Shown here: positions 16,797 through 26,543 of the stretch, in pieces
How positions within the stretch are numbered: the first letter of the stretch is position 1
How the letters are laid out: each line of letters begins with the position of its first letter
NCBI GenBank assembly: GCA_035414025.1
Contig: DAONXX010000003.1
Span: 1 to 59,653, forward strand
Direction: 5' to 3'
Source of the DNA: Bacteroidales bacterium
GTDB lineage: Bacteria; Bacteroidota; Bacteroidia; Bacteroidales; VadinHA17
Length of the DNA stretch: 59,653 nt
The notes under the pieces: generated by a model
What the model was told of the DNA's origin: nothing
The model's input: the letters and a program-made list of their open reading frames with translations, nothing else
The model's database searches: none
Translations under genes and position numbers: made by a program

Positions 16797-17315
16797 CTAT
16801 TTTTCATCAGGTATTTTAATCTCATATACAATTGTTGCCCTTGATGGTATCCTGTTCCCATCCCCTTTTAATCCAAAACCAAGGAAAGGAGGCATAATAA
16901 ATGTACCTTCTCCTCCTGGTTTTAGCATTCTAAGTGCCTGATTAAGCCCGGGTTGCATCTCACTTCTTCCAATTATAAGTTCCTTAGGGCCAAGCTCCTG
17001 AGAAGAATAACATCTGGTTCCATCTATCAGGAAACAATTATACTCCATCAAAACACGGTCATTATCAGTTAAAAATGTTCCGTATCCTTCATTTTCAATA
17101 TAATACCACAAGCCGGATGGAGACTCCTTCATCGGAAGGCCTCTCCTTTCGATATAGTTTTCGATACGTTCCCTGTCTTTCTGAATCAGGTATCTGTTCA
17201 TATCAGCAAGCTCTTTCTTACCGGGAACCTGTTTATTGTTATAATTCCCGGTTTCTGATCTGCATGAAAATGATGTTAATGCTACTGCAAGTATGAGAAT
17301 TATTATCAGCATCAA
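16797..17315 (-). CDS. FKBP-type peptidyl-prolyl cis-trans isomerase lipoprotein
   Basis: 172-aa ORF with lipobox LTSFSC and an FKBP core (ALRMLKPGGEGTFIMPPFLGFG...). Starts 3 nt after the stop of the upstream DHH gene. Confidence 0.75.
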   Translation of the reverse strand: MMLIIILILAVALTSFSCRSETGNYNNKQVPGKKELADMNRYLIQKDRERIENYIERRGLPMKESPSGLWYYIENEGYGTFLTDNDRVLMEYNCFLIDGTRCYSSQELGPKELIIGRSEMQPGLNQALRMLKPGGEGTFIMPPFLGFGLKGDGNRIPSRATIVYEIKIPDEK

Positions 17316-17318
17316 TCC

Positions 17319-18368
17319 TTATTTTTTATTATAACGCGTAAAATTTTCCCGCAGTACTTTCAGAAAATATTCAATAGTATTTTCAAGAGTGTCATTATAT
17401 TCACCTCCGGAGGCATTCAGATGACCGCCACCTGAAAAGAATTCGGATGCAAATTCATTTACAGGGAAATTACCTATCGACCGGAAAGAAAGCTTGATGA
17501 AGTTATCCTTTTCAAGAAAAAGAACTGCAAAGCTGATGCCTTTAATTGAAAGAGGCATATTAACAAAGCCTTCGGTGTCTCCTTTAACATTGTTAAAAGC
17601 AATAAGATCAGATTTTGTCAGATAGATGTAAGCTGTTTGAAATTCAGGAATTACTGTCATCCTTTTATAAAGTGCAAATCCCTGAAGCCTCATCCTGTAT
17701 TCAGAGAAATTGTTATAAACAAGTCCCAGTATCCTGTCTCGCTCTATGCCTGTATCGAAAATATCGGCAACGATTCTTAGCGTCTGCCCGGTATAGTTTC
17801 CATGTTCAAAATTGCCAGTATCTGTTATGATCCCTACATAAATTGCTTCTGCAATTTCCTTTGTCATAAAAGATTCATTACTCAGACATGCAAGAAGTTC
17901 ATAAACCAGTTCTGATGTACTACATTTTGAAGGATCTGATATAATTATATCTGCAAAAAGGTTCGGATTCAGATGGTGGTCGATTATAATTTTTTTAGCC
18001 CCCGAGTCTTGCAGGAGATCCTGAATTTCTCCAAGTCTTTCAGGTTGATTAAAATCAAGAAAGATTATCAGATCCGATTTCCTTATTAATGCTTTACAAT
18101 AATCACGTTGACGGATAAAAATATTTATAAGATCTGCACCCGGCAGCCATTTCAGAAATTCCTGGAGATTGTTGGGAGAGATCATCTGCACATTTCTGCC
18201 GTTTCCTGTCAGATAATGAAATAATGCAAGTTGAGAGCCAATGGCATCTCCATCAGGATTGACATGGCAGATAAGCAGTATATTATCGGAGCTTGAAAAA
18301 AGTTTCGATAATTCCTTTGCATATTTCGATAAATCTGCCACTTTTACTATCCTTTTTAAAGTTTCCAA
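17319..18368 (-). CDS. nrnA: DHH/DHHA1 phosphoesterase (NrnA-like oligoribonuclease / pAp phosphatase)
   Basis: 349-aa ORF with motifs HVNPDGDAIGS, IIIDHH and GGGHLNASG. Confidence 0.8.
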   Translation of the reverse strand: METLKRIVKVADLSKYAKELSKLFSSSDNILLICHVNPDGDAIGSQLALFHYLTGNGRNVQMISPNNLQEFLKWLPGADLINIFIRQRDYCKALIRKSDLIIFLDFNQPERLGEIQDLLQDSGAKKIIIDHHLNPNLFADIIISDPSKCSTSELVYELLACLSNESFMTKEIAEAIYVGIITDTGNFEHGNYTGQTLRIVADIFDTGIERDRILGLVYNNFSEYRMRLQGFALYKRMTVIPEFQTAYIYLTKSDLIAFNNVKGDTEGFVNMPLSIKGISFAVLFLEKDNFIKLSFRSIGNFPVNEFASEFFSGGGHLNASGGEYNDTLENTIEYFLKVLRENFTRYNKK

Positions 18369-18415
18369 AGATAAGCAATTATACTGAAGACAAATACTTA
18401 ATGATCAATCCATAA

Positions 18416-18847
18416 ATGAGCTCTATGAATGGTAATTACACCTTTGCAATAATAAAGCCGAACGCTGTCAGGACAGGCAAGACGGGACCCATACTTTCAA
18501 TAATTAATGAAGCCGGCTTTGAGATTACAGCAATGAAAATGACAAAGATGTCAAGACAACAAGCTGAAGATTTTTATGCTATCCATAGAGGAAAGCCGTT
18601 TTTTGAAAACCTTGTTGAATTTATGTCATCAGGACCCGTTTTAGTAATGATCCTGAAACATAAAAATGCTGTTGAGGAGTTTAGGAAACTGATAGGAGCA
18701 ACAGATCCTGAGAAAGCTGAACCCGGGACAATAAGAAAGCTGTTTGCCGTATCTGTTACAATGAATGCCATTCATGGATCCGACAGTGATGAAAGTGCAG
18801 CAAGGGAAGCTGACTTCTTCTTTTCGGATTCCGAAAGATATATTTGA
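18416..18847 (+). CDS. ndk: Nucleoside-diphosphate kinase
   Basis: TFAIIKPNAV...NAIHGSDS active-site region. The true start may be the second ATG, 3 codons in. Confidence 0.93.
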   Translation: MSSMNGNYTFAIIKPNAVRTGKTGPILSIINEAGFEITAMKMTKMSRQQAEDFYAIHRGKPFFENLVEFMSSGPVLVMILKHKNAVEEFRKLIGATDPEKAEPGTIRKLFAVSVTMNAIHGSDSDESAAREADFFFSDSERYI

Positions 18848-18912
18848 TTCAAACAGCCGGATAACTTTTATTTCTTTTTTATTGTTAGTTTCAGGTTTTT
18901 GAAAAAAAATTA

Positions 18913-20685
18913 ATGGAAAAAAAGAATATTACCGACTTTTCAGATGCAAGAACGCTAGAAAAGTATTCTTCAGCATTCACACTCTCCGATATGGAGATAT
19001 TTATTTTTCCGGAGTTGTTTTACCCACTTGTGCTGGCAAATATAATGTCGCCGGTTTTATGGGAATGGAAAAATGATCCCTGGTTCACTGATATCCATAA
19101 GAAAAGCTTCAATTATAAAACAAACAGGATTAAACAATTCATAATTCAGAACTTCGTTTTCAATCTTGATCTTGCGACATGGGGCCTCACAACCAAACCA
19201 AAGGAAATAGCCCGGTTCAGGGATTTTTTCGACATTGATCTTCTAAAACAATCAAATGCCCTGTTCGGATATGAGGGCGATAAATATTACTTTGATATTG
19301 ACATCAGGAAACATTTCGGACTTGATAAATATAACTCCGACATAATTCCTTATTGGAAGACTGAAACAATTGAGGCCATGACAGCCTTCAGGCATAAAGA
19401 AAATTTCCTGACTGGTGCCGGAGAGTGCGTATCATTATCTGCACTTTATGCTGCTGCAATGTTTGTCGTTGGCAGAATTCCTCTTGAAAAGATATTTCTT
19501 ATTGCCACTCCCCTTCATTCTCAAAATTTCATCCTGGAAAAAGAAGGATTGATAACCAACAATCGCAGAATAGTTACCAAGAATATGTGGTTCAACGGTA
19601 CATCCTTATCGGAAAAAGCCAGAAGAGCTCTCAAAAATGAAAAAGTCACTTTAGTTTCTCATATTTCAGGTTACATACACATTGTTTATAAAGAGGCAAC
19701 TATAGACAGAAAGTCCTACGACAGATTTTCATCCTCACTGAGGGAATTTCTTGTTTCAGATCTGACCATCCCGATCTTCTTAAATTTCTTAAGGTTCCAT
19801 TCAAGGTATAAATTTCTTTTCCAGTTTCGGTGTGAATGTTCAGGCATTTACAAGTATATCTCTCTTGAGAAGATCTTTGAATACGAACATACAAGCAAAT
19901 ACAGCATTTCAGATGATACACGGAAGCTTCTGATCAATGATATAGAAAGTGATGAGTTTCATCTTAGCCAGATCCAGGACAGGATAATTCTGAACGACGT
20001 GGAAGAGATAATTGCAAAGAACAAGGGAAATAGTTTAAAAGATATCGAGGAACAGATAATCAGTTCGAACAGGCAGATCGCAGAATCATTACTGCATGAA
20101 ATGTTTTCCGATATATCAGACTTTCTTATCACCGATCCGAAACTTCCAGACAGCAATAAGAATTATGTAAATTATAATGCCCCCGTTATTTCAGTAGATG
20201 ATAACCGTGATGAGATCATTGAAATAATAACCGAAAGTGCAAAGAATTCTGAATTATCTCAACTGACTCTTTATGTTTACAGGATGATGGATAAGATCGA
20301 CTGGCTGCCCTTCGTTAAAGCTGCCGTTGAAAGGAATCCGGTCTGTTTTGAGGATCTTGAGGGAAAGAGTATTAAGGAAGTATTTGATATCCTGAATGTA
20401 ATGCCGAATGAATCAATATATGACGGACAGAGGCTTGCACAGCCTGATGAGGTATGGAATTTCCGTCGTGGAGATGGGATTGAAAAAGCCTTTCTGCTTG
20501 CTGATTATTCTCTTCATAAGGATTGGAACGAGAAGATTACAATAACGATTGACAATCAAGATGTAAGCATTGCTCTTAAAGAAGGCAAATTTAATTTCCG
20601 ATCAGGAAAATCATTCAGAAAGACTTTGGAAATAAAAATGGATAATAAGGCCGGCAAATCAACTCTTGTCCTTGCTGAAAGATAA
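18913..20685 (+). CDS. Hypothetical 590-aa cytoplasmic protein, possible transglutaminase-like cysteine-peptidase core
   Basis: No signal peptide or TM helix seen. The segment TGAGECVSLSALYAAAMFVVGRIPLEKIFLIATPLHSQNF resembles the GxC...A...GIP...H pattern of transglutaminase-like proteins. No other family recognised. Confidence 0.6.
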   Translation: MEKKNITDFSDARTLEKYSSAFTLSDMEIFIFPELFYPLVLANIMSPVLWEWKNDPWFTDIHKKSFNYKTNRIKQFIIQNFVFNLDLATWGLTTKPKEIARFRDFFDIDLLKQSNALFGYEGDKYYFDIDIRKHFGLDKYNSDIIPYWKTETIEAMTAFRHKENFLTGAGECVSLSALYAAAMFVVGRIPLEKIFLIATPLHSQNFILEKEGLITNNRRIVTKNMWFNGTSLSEKARRALKNEKVTLVSHISGYIHIVYKEATIDRKSYDRFSSSLREFLVSDLTIPIFLNFLRFHSRYKFLFQFRCECSGIYKYISLEKIFEYEHTSKYSISDDTRKLLINDIESDEFHLSQIQDRIILNDVEEIIAKNKGNSLKDIEEQIISSNRQIAESLLHEMFSDISDFLITDPKLPDSNKNYVNYNAPVISVDDNRDEIIEIITESAKNSELSQLTLYVYRMMDKIDWLPFVKAAVERNPVCFEDLEGKSIKEVFDILNVMPNESIYDGQRLAQPDEVWNFRRGDGIEKAFLLADYSLHKDWNEKITITIDNQDVSIALKEGKFNFRSGKSFRKTLEIKMDNKAGKSTLVLAER

Positions 20686-20688
20686 AAA

Positions 20689-20979
20689 TTACTTCAAAAC
20701 AATATCCTTTATAACTTCCCTCCCGGCTTTTTCATTAAGCTTATCCCTTAGAGCATTTCTCAGCATCAGCAATTCATTTCTCACAACTGAAGAACTAAGC
20801 TGCACATAAAGTATATGATCTTTTATGAATATTTTTTTTGTCCTTGACGATATGGCACGGCCTACCACTTCTTCCCAGGAATTAATGAGACCCACTTCGG
20901 AAAGCTTATCCCCTAATTTCATCTCATTAATATAATCCTGCAATGCTTCTGCAAGAGATATTGTTTTACTTCTTCTCAT
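20689..20979 (-). CDS. DUF721 (DciA-like) protein
   Basis: 96-aa ORF overlapping the recF 3' end by 14 nt. Its size, recF linkage and the W-x-x-VVG / ILYV...S...ELLML pattern are typical of DUF721. Confidence 0.7.
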   Translation of the reverse strand: MRRSKTISLAEALQDYINEMKLGDKLSEVGLINSWEEVVGRAISSRTKKIFIKDHILYVQLSSSVVRNELLMLRNALRDKLNEKAGREVIKDIVLK

Positions 20980-22108
20980 TCAGGTATTTGCCATTATGTA
21001 TCTTTTCTTCAACCTTGTTGTTGTCAATTATAAAAAGTTTATAATCGGTATCATGAGCAGAAAGAATTTCATGCAGGCGGCTCTGGTGAGTGTCGGTTAT
21101 AAAAATCTGTCCGAACCTGTTATCGCCTACCAGACTTATTATCTGCTCCACACGTTCTGCATCAAATTTATCAAAAATATCATCAAGGAGCAGAATCGGT
21201 GAAATACCAGATTTCCGGTTTATATAATCAAATTTGGCAAGCTTAAGTGCGACAAGATATGATTTCTGCTGACCCTGAGAACCAAGAGATTTGGCAGACC
21301 ATCCATCCATCCTGAAAATAAGGTCGTCCTTGTGAATTCCAAGAGTCGTATATCCCAGAAAAAGATCCTTTGCTACCGCTTTCGCAAGAGCTTCCCCATA
21401 ATTGCCTGCTGCAAGGTGCGACTGATAAACAAGTTCTACCCTTTCCTTTCCTGAAGATATTATTGAATAATACTCCTGGAAAACCGGGGTCAGTTCATTA
21501 ATAAGCTGTTCTCTCTCGCTGAAAACATAAGATCCATATTTCACAAGCTGAGAATCCCAGATAGTGAGAACATCATTATCAAACTGACCTGTAAATTGAA
21601 ACTCCTTCAAGAGCTTGTTTCTCTGCTGAAGAGCTTTTGTGTATTGCAATGCAGAATTGAGATATTCTAAATTATATTGGCTTATTATTTTGTTCATGAA
21701 CCTGCGTCTTTCTTCACTTCCTTCAGTAATCAGTGCTGTGTCGGCAGGCGAGATCATCACAACAGGATATTTTCCAATATGATCTGACATCCTTTGATAC
21801 TCCTTTCCATTCTTTTTCATCACCTTTTGTTTCTGCCTCTGAAAGGCACAAAAGATATTATCTTCATCTGCTTTTTTTATAAAAGTTCCATTTATCATAA
21901 AATATTCTTCAGAATGGCGAATATTCATGCTATCAATATAATTAAAGAAACTTTTTGTGAGAGATAGATAATGTATGGCATCAAGTATATTGGTCTTTCC
22001 AACTCCGTTATTCCCGACAAAACAGTTTATGCGTGGAGAAAAATCAAGATCTGCCTGTTCGTAGTTTTTAAAATTCGTTAACGATATGTTTCTAAGATAC
22101 ATATTCAC
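20966..22108 (-). CDS. recF: DNA replication and repair protein RecF
   Basis: Walker A GNNGVGKTNILDA, signature GSQGQQKS and Walker B ILLLDD. The ORF-track start is GTG at 22108; an ATG at 22102 (MYLRNISLTNFKNY) is the more likely start. Confidence 0.93.
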   Translation of the reverse strand: MNMYLRNISLTNFKNYEQADLDFSPRINCFVGNNGVGKTNILDAIHYLSLTKSFFNYIDSMNIRHSEEYFMINGTFIKKADEDNIFCAFQRQKQKVMKKNGKEYQRMSDHIGKYPVVMISPADTALITEGSEERRRFMNKIISQYNLEYLNSALQYTKALQQRNKLLKEFQFTGQFDNDVLTIWDSQLVKYGSYVFSEREQLINELTPVFQEYYSIISSGKERVELVYQSHLAAGNYGEALAKAVAKDLFLGYTTLGIHKDDLIFRMDGWSAKSLGSQGQQKSYLVALKLAKFDYINRKSGISPILLLDDIFDKFDAERVEQIISLVGDNRFGQIFITDTHQSRLHEILSAHDTDYKLFIIDNNKVEEKIHNGKYLNEKK

Positions 22109-22234
22109 TTATAAATAAAAGTTCAACGGCACAACAACTCAATGGAACAATGATTCAGCAGGTTGAAGAAATTGCGATTCAACAACTTTAAAGCCTGGTT
22201 GTGCAGTTTTCAAAGTTAATAATTGTAAGATTAA

Positions 22235-22243
22235 TTATCCACA
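22235..22243 (+). promoter_or_regulatory. Single perfect DnaA-box 9-mer TTATCCACA
   Basis: Exact consensus 9-mer in the recF / TPR-gene divergent intergenic region. It is isolated, with no second box nearby. Confidence 0.25.
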
Positions 22244-22356
22244 ATTATCTGGGATCAGGGATATTTCAGAATCTTAAAAATCACTGATATGGTTTAAGTT
22301 GAGAAGACTGATACAACTAACATTAAATAATTATTTCATAATAATCTGAAATAAAT

Positions 22357-22364
22357 TACTTTTG
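22357..22364 (+). promoter_or_regulatory. Bacteroidota-type -7 promoter box (TACTTTTG)
   Basis: Exact TAnnTTTG match 33 nt upstream of the ATG at 22397. Confidence 0.45.
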
Positions 22365-22396
22365 CGGTGGAAAAACAAACTACGATCTGAACAGAT

Positions 22397-23086
22397 ATGG
22401 CAAAGAAGAAAAAAAAGGAGGAAAGTCCTCAGAGCTTTAAGAATGTTGGAGAAACACTTTCAAAAACGGAACAATTTCTTGAGCATAACTACAAACCTCT
22501 ACTCATAACATTAGGGATAATTGTAGGGCTTGTAGCTATTTTCTGGTTAGGAAGAATGTATCTTATCAACAGGAATAATGAAGCCCAGTCGCAAATCTAT
22601 CAGGCTGAGAGATATCTTGAAATTGACTCACTCGATCTTGCTCTTAACGGTGACGGGAATTATCTGGGTTTCCTTGACATATCCGAAGATTACAAGTTTA
22701 CAAAAACCGGCAATCTTGCACTGTACAGTGCAGGTATCTGTTATCTGCGGCTTGGACAGTATGAAGAAGCTATAAAATATTTTGGCAAATACTCAAAAAA
22801 GGATAAAGTGCTGGGATCAATTGCCATCGGTGCTACCGGCGATGCATATATCGAGCTTGGAGACAATAAAAAGGGTATTGCCAAATATCTTGAAGCAGCA
22901 GAATTCGCTGATAATTCATTCAATACGCCGCTTTTCCTGATGAAGGCTGCAGAGATTTATGAACTTGAAGATAACTATAATGATGCGCTAAAGCTCTACC
23001 AAAGGATCCAGAATGAGTACCCTGAAAGTACGGAAGGACAAAGTATTGAAAAGTATATAGCCAGGGTTAAACTACTTATGAAATAA
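22397..23086 (+). CDS. Membrane-anchored tetratricopeptide-repeat protein (YfgM-like)
   Basis: 229-aa ORF with a Lys-rich N-terminus, one TM helix ([17 protein letters not shown]) and TPR-like repeats ([21 protein letters not shown]...). Abuts ribH with a 1-nt gap. Confidence 0.6.
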   Translation: MAKKKKKEESPQSFKNVGETLSKTEQFLEHNYKPLLITLGIIVGLVAIFWLGRMYLINRNNEAQSQIYQAERYLEIDSLDLALNGDGNYLGFLDISEDYKFTKTGNLALYSAGICYLRLGQYEEAIKYFGKYSKKDKVLGSIAIGATGDAYIELGDNKKGIAKYLEAAEFADNSFNTPLFLMKAAEIYELEDNYNDALKLYQRIQNEYPESTEGQSIEKYIARVKLLMK

Positions 23087-23087
23087 T

Positions 23088-23564
23088 ATGGCCACAAAAA
23101 ATTTATCGGCATATAATCCTGACAATATTCCGGATGCTCATAAAATGAAATTCGGGATCGTAGTAGCAGAATGGAATAATGAAATAACCGGGAAGCTGCT
23201 AGACGGAGCCATTACGACTCTCCGCAAACATGGAGCTTCTAAAAAGAATATTAAAGTCATACATGTTCCAGGAAGTTTTGAACTTACATCGGGGGCAAAA
23301 TTCATTGCCGAAAAGCATAAACCTGATGCCATTATCTGCCTTGGATGTGTTATTCAGGGCGAAACTCCTCACTTCACTTACATATGTCAGGGAGCTACCC
23401 AGGGCATTACTCAACTAAACCTTGATTATAATATTCCTTTTATCTTCGGTGTATTGACTGTAAACACCCGGGAGGAAGCTTCAGACAGAGCCGGTGGAAA
23501 ACACGGGAATAAAGGCGATGAAGCTGCTGTAACAGCAATCAGAATGGCTGCATTACGCAAATAA
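23088..23564 (+). CDS. ribH: 6,7-dimethyl-8-ribityllumazine synthase
   Basis: 158-aa ORF containing FGIVVAEWN...VPGSFEL...[11 protein letters not shown]...FGVLT. Confidence 0.95.
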   Translation: MATKNLSAYNPDNIPDAHKMKFGIVVAEWNNEITGKLLDGAITTLRKHGASKKNIKVIHVPGSFELTSGAKFIAEKHKPDAIICLGCVIQGETPHFTYICQGATQGITQLNLDYNIPFIFGVLTVNTREEASDRAGGKHGNKGDEAAVTAIRMAALRK

Positions 23565-23598
23565 GATACTGATTTCCCAGTCTCTCAATAAAATATAA

Positions 23599-23623
23599 CA
23601 GCACCCTGTAATAATGGGTGCTG
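23599..23623. terminator. Bidirectional terminator hairpin between ribH and the AddB-like gene
   Basis: 8-bp stem CAGCACCC/GGGTGCTG with a 9-nt loop, T-rich on both flanks. Confidence 0.6.
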
Positions 23624-23650
23624 ATTCTTTAATAAACCTATCGGAATGGA

Positions 23651-26542
23651 TCACCTCAGGCATAAGATCCTGTAAGGACAATACCTGCACTTATTCCATG
23701 TATCAGAAGTCATAATAAATGGTTCTTCCGGACTGAATATTTCATTGACTGTTATATTAAGATATTCAAGGAATTCTTTCCTTATATCATGATAATCGTC
23801 AACAACAAGGTTTTTGCCTATCCTTAACCTGTCAGTGTCTGGAGATCCCTGATTCTTTTTAAGTTTGTAGACTGATGGTCTGATTTTTTGATCCGGTTCA
23901 TTTGCCAGATATGTTTCACAATATAAAAGCGTCTGGAGCCATGCATCAAGATTTTTGTTCCTGTCGTTATTGAAAAGGGCATCCAATGAGCGTACAGAAT
24001 CACTCACTTCCCCGGTTTTATAATCAATAATCCTAATTACGCCGTTTTGATTGTCAATACGGTCAATTACTCCTCCGATAAACAGAGTCAGATCAGCTTC
24101 GTTATATTTTATTGAAAGCGGAAATGTCAGGAGTTCTTCAAATGATAATATTGTGACAGGTGCTGCCGCTTTATCGATCTGAAAGATCCTGTTAATAAAG
24201 ATAGTTAATACATTTTTGATTATCAATTCGTTACCTTTAACCAGTGAATCATTCTGTTCTCCAAAATGCTCAATTACAGTATCGCTGATTAGAGAAGATA
24301 TGATATCCTTGTCTGCACTTAACCTATTGATTTCGTTGACATCCAACACCTTACCTATATATTGCGAATAGATTTTCCTTATCGCAGCATGCAGGATAGT
24401 GCCGACAATTGCAGGATCTATTTCCTCTGTAACCTTATCTACTTCCACGAGACCGTTAACATATCTGTAATAGAATCTCATCCTGCAATTAAGCCAGGTG
24501 TTAAGAGCTGACGGGGAAATAAATTTTTTATCATTCCCGTTTCCGAAGAAATATGAAATAAGTCTCTTATTATGTTCCTGATTATGTTCAATACTGTCAC
24601 CTGGTGAAGCAGGATTTCTTATCTCAAAGCTGGTAGTAAGCACCTCCAGATCAGGATCCTTATCATATTTCATCTGCTGAAGAAAACGGCTCATCTCCCC
24701 GCTTCTCAGGCCTTCTGAATCTGAATTGTAGATAAATGTCACATTCTCAGCTCTGTGGAGCAATCTGTAGAAATGATAGGCATATATTGATTCCTGATAA
24801 TTCAGCGATGGCATCCCGAATGCTTCACGTAATGCAAAAGGAATAAAGGACGAAGGAGATGTGATTGACGGTAGTACACCTTCATTTACTGAAAGCATTA
24901 TAAGGTTTTTAAAATCAAGGGTGCGCGTTTCAAGTATTCCCATGATCTGGATTCCTGAGAGCGGTTCTCCTGAAAAGGGCACAGTCTGGTTTTTCAATAA
25001 CCTGTCAAGAATTCTAACCCACGTTACAACAGTCAGGCTTATATCAGGGCTTTTCAATATTTCATCAAGCCGGTTTAATGTAAGTATTATCCTGTATATA
25101 AACTCATTACGAATATTGCTTTGCAATGAATAATCCCTGGTGGTTTCACCAGGAGTATTCTGTTTTGACAAAACAATATGGAGAATCTCTCTCAGGTAAT
25201 TTGAAAGACCGACAGGAACCCCGGCCTTTTTGAAAATAGCAGAAAGAATATCAGAACCTGAAAAACGGTCTGAATCTATCCAAATAATGTTTTTTTCCGA
25301 TATTTCATTTAGTATCTCGTCACAAGTTCCTTTATTAATTTCAACTATGATACCGTTTTTAAGTATTTTAGTTACCTCCCTGTACCTGAACCTTGTTACT
25401 CCGTTTTCAGTTCTGGCATTCAACTGAAGATCAAGGATTTGATTAACAAGCACATATATTGAGGTCTGGCGGAGGGGAAATCCCATAGTGATATTAACAT
25501 CAATCACACTTTCGGGAAGACTCGTAAGTGCAGGGACCAGAAGATTTTCATCAGCAAGAACAACTGCAGTCTGATGAGCATTTTCAGCAGTCAGTCCATC
25601 AAGATTCCCTATCAGTTCCGGAAGTAATTTCACCTGAGCAATGTCTGATGATGTATTTATGATGCGTCTTAACGGTTTTTTTGATCCTGAAGAAAGTAAT
25701 GTATCGTAACTCCAGCTGGCAGGCATATCATTACCAAATATTTTCAGATTATCCCTGAGAAAATATCCGGCCGAATTAATGTTCTTTTCTTCTATTATAT
25801 ATGAATTATCATAATCCCAGTAGAATTTTGCCCTCCCCTCTTCCTTTAATCTCTTCATCAGTTTTTTCTCACAATTATTAAGCGCATTGAAACCTGCGAA
25901 ATGCAGCATTGACCACTTAATCCCCTTTGTGTCAGTTTCTTTCAGGCGCTCAACAACCTCTCTGAATATCATCCCTTCATAAGCCATGTGTTTTTCCTTC
26001 AGAACTTTCCTGAATTCAGTATAGATATCATTCAAATTATTCCATAAACCTATAAAAGAAGATTTCTCTCTTGTAAGTTTTCCGATATCTGCATTTGTCC
26101 AAAACCGTTTAACTATTTCTGCCTGTTCCTTAGTAAGCCCTCCGAATTGTTCATCTATCATTCTTAAATCCCGGACATTGCTGAAAAGCCTGGAAGCATC
26201 GACAAGAAATTTATCTGCATCATCAAAATCATTCAGGAGCATATCTCCCCAGAAATAGAAATCATCAAAACTCTCATTGTTATTTCTGATCTTACGATAT
26301 ACCTTGAAAAGCTCAAATAGAAGTACCTCATTTCCTGCTGGCTGCAGTTCTGATAATGAATAAAACAGATCGTTTATTGTCATTGTCGCCGGTGCCCATA
26401 CCGGTTTATCAATCAATCCTGCAAGATATTTCCTGAAAAACAGTCCTGCCCTCCTGTTGGGGAATACAATACAATGTTCATTCAGTTGTTCACAGTAATT
26501 GTTGTAAAGTGATTCAGCTATCTGTTGCAGAAAATATTTCAT
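23651..26542 (-). CDS. AddB-like PD-(D/E)XK nuclease subunit (no Walker A seen)
   Basis: 963-aa ORF. C-terminal nuclease motif GVIDRID...IRIIDYKTG. Fe-S type cysteines: C in WLNCRMRF plus CRYCPYRILC (CxxCx5C). The N-terminus lacks a GxxGxGKT box. Confidence 0.75.
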   Translation of the reverse strand: MKYFLQQIAESLYNNYCEQLNEHCIVFPNRRAGLFFRKYLAGLIDKPVWAPATMTINDLFYSLSELQPAGNEVLLFELFKVYRKIRNNNESFDDFYFWGDMLLNDFDDADKFLVDASRLFSNVRDLRMIDEQFGGLTKEQAEIVKRFWTNADIGKLTREKSSFIGLWNNLNDIYTEFRKVLKEKHMAYEGMIFREVVERLKETDTKGIKWSMLHFAGFNALNNCEKKLMKRLKEEGRAKFYWDYDNSYIIEEKNINSAGYFLRDNLKIFGNDMPASWSYDTLLSSGSKKPLRRIINTSSDIAQVKLLPELIGNLDGLTAENAHQTAVVLADENLLVPALTSLPESVIDVNITMGFPLRQTSIYVLVNQILDLQLNARTENGVTRFRYREVTKILKNGIIVEINKGTCDEILNEISEKNIIWIDSDRFSGSDILSAIFKKAGVPVGLSNYLREILHIVLSKQNTPGETTRDYSLQSNIRNEFIYRIILTLNRLDEILKSPDISLTVVTWVRILDRLLKNQTVPFSGEPLSGIQIMGILETRTLDFKNLIMLSVNEGVLPSITSPSSFIPFALREAFGMPSLNYQESIYAYHFYRLLHRAENVTFIYNSDSEGLRSGEMSRFLQQMKYDKDPDLEVLTTSFEIRNPASPGDSIEHNQEHNKRLISYFFGNGNDKKFISPSALNTWLNCRMRFYYRYVNGLVEVDKVTEEIDPAIVGTILHAAIRKIYSQYIGKVLDVNEINRLSADKDIISSLISDTVIEHFGEQNDSLVKGNELIIKNVLTIFINRIFQIDKAAAPVTILSFEELLTFPLSIKYNEADLTLFIGGVIDRIDNQNGVIRIIDYKTGEVSDSVRSLDALFNNDRNKNLDAWLQTLLYCETYLANEPDQKIRPSVYKLKKNQGSPDTDRLRIGKNLVVDDYHDIRKEFLEYLNITVNEIFSPEEPFIMTSDTWNKCRYCPYRILCLR

Positions 26543-26543
26543 A

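Noticed and set aside
22417-22428. GGAGGAAAGTCC, resembling the conserved RNase P RNA P4 segment (GAGGAAAGUCC).
   Set aside because: It lies in-frame within the Lys/Glu-rich N-terminus (KKEESPQ) of the TPR protein. The match ends after 11-12 nt and there is no surrounding RNase P structure.
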